DNA from: a virus
Direction: 5' to 3' (one strand)
Length of the DNA: 64,000 bases
IMG/VR virus record: IMGVR_UViG_3300023202_000336
Span: 1-64,000 of that record
The translations under genes and the position numbers were made by a program. Positions 45,019 to 53,812 of the stretch are shown here, one piece after another. A model generated the notes under the pieces. It was given only the letters and a program-made list of their open reading frames with translations, did no database searches and was not told the DNA's origin. Every line of letters starts with the position of its first letter. The first letter of the stretch is position 1.

Positions 45019-48000
45019 ATGCCGTTTACGGCTTGGTCCCCTGATCACGCTCGCCCAGGACTGGGGCCGGCTCCATTCGATCCGCCGACTCCGGCCGCGA
45101 AGCCCGTGCAGCTGCGTCGATTCGATGACATCGAACAACAGCGAAAGGCTATCTACGAGTCCGCGCGGAGTGCGTTCCAGAATCTTCGTCCGATTCAGAA
45201 CGCGTCGTACCGAATCGAAGTAGCTGACGTCGATTACGACACCCCTGATTTCGAGCCTTCGATCTCCGACGAAAAGAAGGCGCTTCTGCAGAGCGGGTCG
45301 CTTCATCGCCCCCTTAAGGGCACGGTTCGTCTGGTTGATCAGAATACCGGAGACGTAGTTGGTGAGGAGCGGACGACGCTCGCACACGTGCCACACCTCA
45401 ACAGTCGTGGTATGGTGATCCGAAAAGGAGTTGTCTGGGTTCCGCGGAACCAGGCCCGCTTGAGACCCGGCGTGTATACGCGTCACAAGAAGAGTGGCGG
45501 AATAGAGGCGCAGTTCAATGTGAAGGGTGGTCGCGCCTTCCGTATCGAGCTCGAGCCAGAGTCCGGTCTTTTCAAGATGAATATCGGCCAGTCGACCACC
45601 CGTCTCTATCCGATTCTTCGTGCGATGGGTATCACTGATGACGCGATGCGAGAGGCGTGGGGTGACGAGCTGTTCAAAAAGAACTATCGACGTGAATCCG
45701 GGAGCGACGACAAAGACCTGAGAAAGGTCGTGAAGAAGCTCGGACCTTCGGGGGTGACTGTCGAGGATGATCAGCTCGTTGACGTATTAAAGGAGTCGGT
45801 ACAGAAGTCGAAGGTCGATCCGGACGTCATGGAAATCACGATGGGGGAGCGAGCTGAGAACGTCGCCCCTGAGCATCTCTTTCAGGTGACGAACAAGATT
45901 TTGAACGTGAGTCGCGGGACTGCTGACGGCGATAACCGCGATTCGCAGGCGTTCCAGTCGATTCATTCTGCCGAGGATTTCATACGGGAACGGCTCGAGA
46001 AAGATCAGGTAGGAGCGCTGCGTAAACTCCTCTGGAGGGCGACACGAGAGAAGAAGCTTCCGAAGGTCCAGTCGGGGCTGATGAATAAGAACATCTCTTC
46101 GATTTTCGAAGGCTCCGGTCTCGCGGTCGCTGCAGAGGATATCAACCCGTTCGAGATTCACGACCTACGGCAGGGGATCATTCGACTCGGTGAGGGCGGG
46201 ATCAGCTCAGAGAGGGCTGTGAGCCGCGAGGCACGCGGTGTGCAAGCGAGTTACGCAGGTCTGATCGACTCGGGGAGAGGGCCGGAGTCGGGAAGACTCG
46301 GGTTGGATCTGCGTGTGACCGATGCAGCGCAGAAGGGCGACGACAACCAGCTCTATACCGAGGTGAGAAATCTCAAGACCGGTGAGACTGAAACTGTGTC
46401 TGCGAGAACACTTTCTTCGAAGATCGTCACCTTCCCTGGCGAACTCTCGTCCGATACCAAGAGAATCCCGGCGATTAAAGGCGATAAGATCGTTTACGTC
46501 CCGAAAGACGAGGTCGATTACGAGATTGCGAGTCCGAATGACATGATGTCACGGGCGACCGCGATGATCCCGTTTCCAGAGTCGATCAAGGGCCAGAGGC
46601 TGCTCATGGGCGCGCGTATGACCTCCCAGGCTCTTCCGCTGGAAGAGGCTGAAGCGCCTTATGTGCAGACAGCGTCGAAGGACGGGACTAGCCTTCATAA
46701 ACAGATGGGCCCGGTCGTTGGTGCCCGGGTTTCTCCGGTCGGAGGGGTTGTAACGAAGATTTCTCCCGATTTCATTGAGCTCGCGGCCGATGACGGCAAG
46801 AAGCGTCGTATCGACCTTTACAACAACTATCCGACTGCTCGTAAGACGATGATACATAACGAGCCCACGGTGAAGAAGGGTCAGCGGATCAAGGAGGGTG
46901 ATCTCGTTGCGAAGTCAAATTTTACGAGCGACGACGGGACTGCGGCCGTAGGGCGTAATCTTCGTACCGCATTTGCGATCGCAGAAGGCAATACGATCGA
47001 AGACGCGTTCGTCATTTCGGAGTCGGCAGCGAAGAAGCTCACGTCGCAGCATCTCTATAAGCATGACGTCGATTTGAAGGATCTCGAATCGACGGATAAG
47101 AAGCGGTACGTTTCGATATACGCTGATAAGTGGGGTCCCGAGCAGCTCGATCGATTGGATGATGACGGGGTCATTAGAGAAGGAGCAACGGTAAACGCCG
47201 GAGACCCGGTTGTTCTCGGTTTTGCGAAGAAAAAGAAGCGAGGTGTCGGGGCGCTGATGCGTTCGCCAAGAGATGCTTTCGCTGATAAAACGCAGACGTG
47301 GAATCATCATTCGCCGGGCGTAGTGACGGACGTGGTGAAGGGGCGTAAAGGGATAAAGGTTACGCTCAAATCAAAGGAGGCGATGAAGCCGGGCGACAAA
47401 CTGTGCTATAGCCCTGACCACGAAATACTTACACAGCGCGGCTGGATACCCGTCTCAAAGACACTACACTCTGATCTGATAGCCTCGCTAAACCCGGATA
47501 CGGATGAAATTGAGTACGTTCGTCCGGTGGAAATACATTCTTTCGATCACGATGACGTAATGTATGAGGTCGAGTCTACACAGGTGTCGATGTGCGTTAC
47601 TCCCGACCACAAAGTATATGCTTCTAAAAAGAAGGATAAGAAGGATCTCGATTATCATCTTTTTGAGGCGCGAGAGTTGTTCGGAAGGACATATCGTCTC
47701 AAAAACTCTGGGAGGTGGGCAGGAGAGTCTCCAAGTCACATCGTGTTCCCTGAGTGTCAGGTTAAACACGGTGGAATAGGTAACTCATATCGCACTATTC
47801 CTGAAAAGGCAATATCAATACAGGCTTATTTCGTTCTGTTAGGCCTCTTTCTGTCTGAGGGGAATGTATTTAAACACGTGAAGAGCGGGAGCTACGGTAT
47901 AGACATAACTCAGTGTAAAGAAAGTAATATAATCAAAATAAAGCACGTGTTGGATAGCCACGGTATTAAGTATTCTCGTAATAAGACTAAGTTCCGGCTT

Positions 48001-50544
48001 TACGGGCGTCAGTTGCTTAATTATTTTGAGCAATTTGGAAAGTGCCACGAGAAATATATACCCAACTGGGTTTTTTCGTGTAGCAGTGAGGACCTTAAAA
48101 TACTCTTCGAATGGATGATGCTTGGAGATGGGCACTATAGTGCTACATGCGCTTCTTATGTGACTACGTCTAAAAATCTCGCCGACGACTTTCAGAGGCT
48201 TTGTCTTCATATCGGATACGCCGGAAAGGTAAAAGCTACTAATAGAGAGCCGTGTATTCTCAAGTTTCCGGGTAGAGAAGACGTCACTATTCCTAAAACA
48301 CGGTACGACGTAAGCGTGTATAGGGGTAAGCTGAATCCTACCATTAATCACAGCCATACGAGGCACCAGCGCGGGCAGTCTGAGAGATGGGTTAATTACA
48401 CGGGAAAGGTGCATTGTGTAACTCTTGAGAGGAATCATATACTTTATACGCGTAGGAACGGGAAGGCTCATTGGAGCGGCAATACCTCGCGGTACGGGGC
48501 CAAGGGTGTAATTTCAGAGATTCGACCTGATGAGCAAATGCCGACTGACGACGACAGTCGACCGGTCGAGGTGATTGCGAATAGTCTCGGAGTGATCTCT
48601 CGGACCAATCCTTCCATGCTTGCTGAAGCTATTCTCGGAAAGATCTCAGAAAAAACGGGCAAGCCGTACGTGATCAAGGGGTTCGGAAATTCCGGTGACG
48701 TTGTGGAGTATGCGCTTCGCGAAGGAGTTAAGCATGGGGTCGTAAGTGTCGATGACGAAGGCAATATAACCGACGTTGGCGTACTCACCGATCCGAGGGA
48801 TAACCGGAAGATCAAAAATATGTTCACCGGAATCCCGTATCTGATGAAGCTACACCACGTTGCAGAAGCGAAGATCAGCAGCCGTGATACCGGCGGTTAC
48901 ACCGCTGAAGGAATACCTGCCCGAGGCGGGAAAGAAGGCAGCAAGCGGATTGGGCTTCTCGACGCGCATAGCTTGCTCTCAGCCGGAGCTACCGAGTTTC
49001 TCAAAGATGCGAAGCTCATTCGTGGGCAGCGTAACGACGAGTACTGGCGAGCATTAAAGGCGGGTGATACCCCGTTGCAGCCAACGGTTTCGTTTGCGAA
49101 TGAGATGTTCAAGTCGCAGCTTCGAGCAGCTGGGGTCAATCTTCGTGAAAAAGGGACACGTACCGGTCTCGCGCCGCTCCTTGATCAGGACGTTGATAAG
49201 ATCGCTCAGCATGAGATTGAGCGTCCCGGCACTTTTGATTTCGAAACGATGCGCCCGATCAAAGGTGGTCTTTTCGATTTGACGGCGACTGGTGGAGCGG
49301 AAGGGACTCGGTTCTCGAAGATCACGCTTCCGAGAAAGATTCCACATCCACTTTTCGTCGAGCCGATCCAGCGGGTGCTTGGTCTGACCGGTAAGCAGTT
49401 CGAAAATGTTCTCTCCGGGAAGGAGGAGCTTCACGGCGAAACTGGCCCGGACGCGGTCGAGAAGGCGCTCAAGAGTCTTGATGTAGACCGAGAGATCGGC
49501 CTTGCGAAAGAGGAGATTCGCACCGGAAAGAAAACGCGTCGTGACAAGGCGGTGAAGAAGCTGAATTATCTTACCGGTATCAAGCAGATGGAGATCAATC
49601 CAGAAGATCTGATGATCAGCAAGATCCCGGTGATCCCTCCCCGTTTCCGCCCGATTTCGAAGGCGAAAAATATCGACATCGTCCACGACTTGAACTACCT
49701 CTATCACGACCTGTTAGAGGCGAAGAAGAACTATAACGATGCTCAGGAGGTGTTCGGAGAGGCTGACGACGAATATATGACGATGATGAATGCGGTGAAA
49801 TCCGTCGCGGGGTTGCGTGAACCGGTGAATCCGAAGTCAGTCGATCAGGGCGTGAAGGGCATTCTTCGCTACGCGATTGGAATCGGCGATAGTCCGAAGT
49901 CGGCAACCTTTCAGCGTAAGGTGATAGGAAGTGCGGTCGATACAGTCGGGCGCGGTGTTATTACGGCCGACTCGAACCTCGATATGGACGAGGTCGGTGT
50001 TCCTGAGGATATGGCGTGGAATATCTTCAAACCGTTTACGATGCGTCGACTCCGTCGCTACGGGTATTCTGCTCGTGACTCGCTCAAGGCGGTTAAGGAT
50101 CGCACCCCGGTTGCCAGGAAGGCGCTTGAGGAAGAAATGGCGGAGCGACCGGTCGTTTACAACCGCGCCCCGTCGTTGCACCGCTACAGCTACGTAGGCG
50201 CTTGGGGCAAGATCAGGGACGATGACGCGATTGGTATGCCCTACCATACTTTGAAGGGGCTGGGAGGTGACTACGACGGGGATACGGTGAACATCCATGT
50301 TCCCGTTTCGTCTGACTCGGTCGATGAGGTCAAAGAGAAGCTCATGCCGAGTAAGAACCTCTATTTCACAGGTACCTTCGAGACGCACCTCGAGCCGAAT
50401 CAGGATTATTTGGCCGGACTCTTCCTTGCGAGCATGCCGGATCCGAAGGAAGAGGTAAAAACGTTCGCAAACGAAGAAGAGGCTCGAAAGGCCTATGCGC
50501 GAGGAGAGATCAGCGCACGAACGCCGATCCGTATTCTTGCGTGA
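45019..50544 (+). CDS. rpoB: RNA polymerase beta subunit fused to the N-terminal half of beta', with intein
   Basis: beta motifs QRLLMGARMTSQALPL, GDKL|TSRYGAKGV, NSLGVISRTN, YLMKLHH, GSKRIG; beta' motifs GGLFD, PVIPPRFRP, DLNYLY, DTVGRGVI, NRAPSLH, GGDYDGD, PNQDYLAGL. GAGG SD before ATG45019. Confidence 0.95.
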   Translation: MPFTAWSPDHARPGLGPAPFDPPTPAAKPVQLRRFDDIEQQRKAIYESARSAFQNLRPIQNASYRIEVADVDYDTPDFEPSISDEKKALLQSGSLHRPLKGTVRLVDQNTGDVVGEERTTLAHVPHLNSRGMVIRKGVVWVPRNQARLRPGVYTRHKKSGGIEAQFNVKGGRAFRIELEPESGLFKMNIGQSTTRLYPILRAMGITDDAMREAWGDELFKKNYRRESGSDDKDLRKVVKKLGPSGVTVEDDQLVDVLKESVQKSKVDPDVMEITMGERAENVAPEHLFQVTNKILNVSRGTADGDNRDSQAFQSIHSAEDFIRERLEKDQVGALRKLLWRATREKKLPKVQSGLMNKNISSIFEGSGLAVAAEDINPFEIHDLRQGIIRLGEGGISSERAVSREARGVQASYAGLIDSGRGPESGRLGLDLRVTDAAQKGDDNQLYTEVRNLKTGETETVSARTLSSKIVTFPGELSSDTKRIPAIKGDKIVYVPKDEVDYEIASPNDMMSRATAMIPFPESIKGQRLLMGARMTSQALPLEEAEAPYVQTASKDGTSLHKQMGPVVGARVSPVGGVVTKISPDFIELAADDGKKRRIDLYNNYPTARKTMIHNEPTVKKGQRIKEGDLVAKSNFTSDDGTAAVGRNLRTAFAIAEGNTIEDAFVISESAAKKLTSQHLYKHDVDLKDLESTDKKRYVSIYADKWGPEQLDRLDDDGVIREGATVNAGDPVVLGFAKKKKRGVGALMRSPRDAFADKTQTWNHHSPGVVTDVVKGRKGIKVTLKSKEAMKPGDKLCYSPDHEILTQRGWIPVSKTLHSDLIASLNPDTDEIEYVRPVEIHSFDHDDVMYEVESTQVSMCVTPDHKVYASKKKDKKDLDYHLFEARELFGRTYRLKNSGRWAGESPSHIVFPECQVKHGGIGNSYRTIPEKAISIQAYFVLLGLFLSEGNVFKHVKSGSYGIDITQCKESNIIKIKHVLDSHGIKYSRNKTKFRLYGRQLLNYFEQFGKCHEKYIPNWVFSCSSEDLKILFEWMMLGDGHYSATCASYVTTSKNLADDFQRLCLHIGYAGKVKATNREPCILKFPGREDVTIPKTRYDVSVYRGKLNPTINHSHTRHQRGQSERWVNYTGKVHCVTLERNHILYTRRNGKAHWSGNTSRYGAKGVISEIRPDEQMPTDDDSRPVEVIANSLGVISRTNPSMLAEAILGKISEKTGKPYVIKGFGNSGDVVEYALREGVKHGVVSVDDEGNITDVGVLTDPRDNRKIKNMFTGIPYLMKLHHVAEAKISSRDTGGYTAEGIPARGGKEGSKRIGLLDAHSLLSAGATEFLKDAKLIRGQRNDEYWRALKAGDTPLQPTVSFANEMFKSQLRAAGVNLREKGTRTGLAPLLDQDVDKIAQHEIERPGTFDFETMRPIKGGLFDLTATGGAEGTRFSKITLPRKIPHPLFVEPIQRVLGLTGKQFENVLSGKEELHGETGPDAVEKALKSLDVDREIGLAKEEIRTGKKTRRDKAVKKLNYLTGIKQMEINPEDLMISKIPVIPPRFRPISKAKNIDIVHDLNYLYHDLLEAKKNYNDAQEVFGEADDEYMTMMNAVKSVAGLREPVNPKSVDQGVKGILRYAIGIGDSPKSATFQRKVIGSAVDTVGRGVITADSNLDMDEVGVPEDMAWNIFKPFTMRRLRRYGYSARDSLKAVKDRTPVARKALEEEMAERPVVYNRAPSLHRYSYVGAWGKIRDDDAIGMPYHTLKGLGGDYDGDTVNIHVPVSSDSVDEVKEKLMPSKNLYFTGTFETHLEPNQDYLAGLFLASMPDPKEEVKTFANEEEARKAYARGEISARTPIRILA
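47404..48483 (+). mobile_element. Intein with LAGLIDADG homing endonuclease (360 aa)
   Basis: C1 of CYSPDH; TPDH block B; LGLFLSEG and WMMLGDG motifs; ends HWSGN with +1 Thr; visibly AT-richer than its flanks. Confidence 0.93.
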
Positions 50545-50587
50545 TTGTCCATCTGGTACTGTCGCTACTCGAGAATAGGATACGTAC

Positions 50588-51613
50588 ATGACACCGTTAC
50601 AGCTGAAACTCTACAAGCGGTCCTTCGTTCCGATGGGGCCGTCCGCGGAGAAAACCGGCCAGCAGGCGTCCGGACCCGGCGGAATGCCGGTCGGTCCCGG
50701 CGCTGGCGCTCCTCCGCCTCCGGGAATGATGCCTCCTGGTGGAGGGATGCCTCTGCCTCCTGGCGGCGCCGGCGGGACGCCTCCGCCCCCGGGTATAGGA
50801 CCGATGGATCCGTCAGCTCCGATGGATCCCGCTGCGGGTGGTGCCCCTCCGGCCGACCCTATGGCTGCACTTCCTCCGATGCCGGGGGAGGAAGGGCTCG
50901 ATGTGCCACCGGAGACGCTTCCGGAGGACCTCGGAGCCGCCCCTGAGGGCGGGGGTGACGGTCTTTCTACGGCAGATGCAGAGGCGGCTGCGAAGATCCA
51001 GCAGCAGACGCTCGATATCGTCGAGCGGACGCTGGACATGGTCGGTAAGACCAAGAAGGATAAGCCGCAAGAGGGTGCCCAGGACCTGCAGCAGGACGGC
51101 CAGGAGCAGGCCGATCAACAGCAGGAAGAACCACCTCCTGAGGCTCAGCCGGGACCTATCACCGGTGAGCCCGGCTTTAGCCCGGGCATGATTAATGGTC
51201 CACTTAAGCTGGGCTCGGCATCGATTGTTACGAAGGCCCTCAAGACGGCGGCTGCTCGTCGTGCCGCTACTAAGACGGCTGCGGTGCTCACGCAGCTGTT
51301 GGTTAAGAACGCTCAGTCCTCAGCCGATATCTGGCGTAAGAAGCGTGGAATGAAGCCCGGCCAGCGCGTGACGGCTCCGAGTAAAGCGTATCGTACTGGG
51401 GTTGCTGGAGGGGCAACGGCGATGACTTCTACGCAGACTCCTACGACTACGCAGACTCCTACGACTACGCAGACTCCTACGACTACGCAGTCCTCCGCTG
51501 ATATTTGGCGTCAGAACCGTGGAATGAAGCCCGGCCAGCGCGTGACGGCCCCGACGGAGGGGGCAGGGGCGGTGACTTCTCGGCAGACTCCTACTGGTTA
51601 TTACTCTCTATGA
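50588..51613 (+). CDS. Pro/Gly-rich disordered protein with a duplicated C-terminal module
   Basis: KLGS, KTAA x2, KNAQ; TQTPTT repeats. Confidence 0.75.
   Translation: MTPLQLKLYKRSFVPMGPSAEKTGQQASGPGGMPVGPGAGAPPPPGMMPPGGGMPLPPGGAGGTPPPPGIGPMDPSAPMDPAAGGAPPADPMAALPPMPGEEGLDVPPETLPEDLGAAPEGGGDGLSTADAEAAAKIQQQTLDIVERTLDMVGKTKKDKPQEGAQDLQQDGQEQADQQQEEPPPEAQPGPITGEPGFSPGMINGPLKLGSASIVTKALKTAAARRAATKTAAVLTQLLVKNAQSSADIWRKKRGMKPGQRVTAPSKAYRTGVAGGATAMTSTQTPTTTQTPTTTQTPTTTQSSADIWRQNRGMKPGQRVTAPTEGAGAVTSRQTPTGYYSL
51314..51554 (+). repeat. Duplicated QSSADIWR..RGMKPGQRVTAP module flanking three 18-bp tandem repeats
   Basis: Copies at ~51314-51380 and ~51488-51554; ACGCAGACTCCTACGACT x3 at 51431-51484. 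Confidence 0.9.
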
Positions 51614-53271
51614 GGCTTGGGAAGTTCGCCTTTGGTAAGTCCGCTCAGTACCAGGGCGCACCGGTAGGTGGCGCTGGGATGATGTGGAACCCGATGGGGA
51701 TGTTGCAGCAAGCTCATCAGCAGCGTTTGCAGCACGGGCAGCGCTCCTCGGATTTCGCATATGGACCTCCCGCAGCGCCTGGATTCGTGACAGGGCAGCA
51801 GGCGGCGGTAGGAGGCGCCCAGGCGGTAGCTGGTTCAATCGGCGCGCTGATTATGGGCGTCGCGATGCCTTACATTCAGTCTGTCGCAGGCGAGGCCGGC
51901 GTTGACCTTCATCAGCCGTATCAGATCGCTTACGGGGCGAATCCGGCCGATGCTCGAGAGATCGCACGAGTCACGGGTCAGGTCATGCAGCGTCAGTTCG
52001 AGACGACCGGTGCGAGTGTTCAGGGCCTCATTTCAACGTTGGACGAGCAGGTTGAGAAGAATTTTGGTATCGAGCTTCCTCTTGAGGAGATCCGCCATCT
52101 TCCCGCCGGAGCTGTTGGAAACTTCGTTCAGCAGCTTTCTATGTTCGTTCCCGAGATTCAGACGGTTCTTTCGACGATGGATCCTCGTTATATTTCTGAC
52201 CTCTCACCGATGGTGAAGGCGACTTACGTCGCAAATAATGGTGAGTTCGATCCAAACGTATTTAGAAACGTCGTTCAGGATTTTCAGCAGTCCTACAATA
52301 AAGGGCAGTTCAGAGGAGTCCCTGCCCAGATCGCGATGCATGCGGTACAGTATGCGAAAGAGCGAGGCGGTCCTGGCGCGGGAATGCGGGAAGCGGTAAA
52401 CGCTGCGCAGTCTGCGAACGCATTCGTTCAGGCGGGACTTGCGCCGAGCTTCGGAGAGGCGCTCACGCTTGTAAACGAGGTTGATCCAACTGGTGGCCTC
52501 ATAAATCCGACGAGAGCGATTCGTTACGCATCCCAGCTGAACGAGATGGCGAAACGCGGATTCGTCGATCGGAAGCATATCTTCGAAGCCGCCCGTGTCG
52601 CTCGGCAGCAGGGTCTCCCAATTAGGGCGGCGATGACGGCAGTCGCTGGCGGCGGCCGTGCACGAACGATGGTGCGTGGACCTCGTGGAAGTGAGCTCGC
52701 GGAGACCGCGGCGAGTACGATGGCCCGCATGGGCGAGTCTGACACGATGCGGCTACTCGCGGCAGCGCACCAGCAGAGCCCGAGGGCACGGGGCCTCATT
52801 GAGCGGGCGCTCGAGACGGGCGATAACCGCCTCCTGGACCGCGTTATACAGAAGGCCCAGCAAAGCCCTCGTCTGATGGCCTCGAAGACTCATGTCGACC
52901 CTTCATACCTGATCAACCGGATGGATCCGAATATGATGCGCGGTCAGGTCATGTCAGATGTGCGGCGATTCGCTGCGCAGACTGGCAGCCGCGACCTTCA
53001 GCGGCTCGTGAACCGCCCCGAGGAGCTTCAGAGACGTCTTCGCACGCACGATTTCACTGGTCTTGATCCGCAGGCGGTTCGGTACTTGAGTGAAGGCGGC
53101 CCGACTGGCGGCCGTCTCGGTGCAGCTGCGATGACGTTCGCAGACCCGTTCGGCACCGAGTCTGACCTCTCGAGGTACCATAAGCCTCCGAAGCGGCTTG
53201 GTCTCCCGTTCCCGGAGATGAAGCCGAGCGGCCCTCCCGTGACACAGCGTTTCGATCCGGTCGAACGGTGA
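51610..53271 (+). CDS. Helical internal-virion-like protein with a hydrophobic segment
   Basis: ATGA coupling; KFAF/KSAQ at the N-terminus; Ala/Arg-rich helical body. Confidence 0.75.
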   Translation: MRLGKFAFGKSAQYQGAPVGGAGMMWNPMGMLQQAHQQRLQHGQRSSDFAYGPPAAPGFVTGQQAAVGGAQAVAGSIGALIMGVAMPYIQSVAGEAGVDLHQPYQIAYGANPADAREIARVTGQVMQRQFETTGASVQGLISTLDEQVEKNFGIELPLEEIRHLPAGAVGNFVQQLSMFVPEIQTVLSTMDPRYISDLSPMVKATYVANNGEFDPNVFRNVVQDFQQSYNKGQFRGVPAQIAMHAVQYAKERGGPGAGMREAVNAAQSANAFVQAGLAPSFGEALTLVNEVDPTGGLINPTRAIRYASQLNEMAKRGFVDRKHIFEAARVARQQGLPIRAAMTAVAGGGRARTMVRGPRGSELAETAASTMARMGESDTMRLLAAAHQQSPRARGLIERALETGDNRLLDRVIQKAQQSPRLMASKTHVDPSYLINRMDPNMMRGQVMSDVRRFAAQTGSRDLQRLVNRPEELQRRLRTHDFTGLDPQAVRYLSEGGPTGGRLGAAAMTFADPFGTESDLSRYHKPPKRLGLPFPEMKPSGPPVTQRFDPVER

Positions 53272-53502
53272 ATGCGCATTCACAATGAGGAACGGTTGAT
53301 GATCGTCCGTATCGTCCATGAGAACGGGAAAATCTATGATATGCCGGTCTCCCAGGTCTCGGTACATACTGAGAACGGCGACCCGTGTATGCTCGCTTAC
53401 GAGCACGCAAATCTGATAGTTTGTTCCCATGTGAACGAAAAGGACTTTGAACGGCAGTGTGCGCAGCTGAAAATCGACCGCATCGAGGTGCCCCATGCCT
53501 GA
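53272..53502 (+). CDS. Small hypothetical protein
   Basis: Abuts the previous stop; overlaps the next start. Confidence 0.65.
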   Translation: MRIHNEERLMIVRIVHENGKIYDMPVSQVSVHTENGDPCMLAYEHANLIVCSHVNEKDFERQCAQLKIDRIEVPHA

Positions 53503-53809
53503 CTGTGCGGTAGAGCAAGAAGCAATCGAGCGTCTCAGGTCATTAACCTGTGATGCGATGATGCATTATTTCGAAACTTTCGATGAGTATCCGACGCATC
53601 TGTACGTGAATACTGGGTCTGATGCTGAGAGGATCGTGAGATCAGCGCTTGAGAGGGTCGGTACCACCGAATTTCTTTTTGCGTTGACGGTTGTTCTCCG
53701 GAAGTTCTCTTTCGGGAAATCTGATCTTTTCGTCGGTGAGGACCGGTACGCCTCGGATATGCGGCGCTGCGCGGTGTTGAGCTATCGAAATTACAGTTCA
53801 GGCTCGTGA
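53495..53809 (+). CDS. Small hypothetical protein
   Basis: GAGG SD; ends 3 nt before the beta'-C gene. Confidence 0.65.
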   Translation: MPDCAVEQEAIERLRSLTCDAMMHYFETFDEYPTHLYVNTGSDAERIVRSALERVGTTEFLFALTVVLRKFSFGKSDLFVGEDRYASDMRRCAVLSYRNYSSGS

Positions 53810-53812
53810 GAC

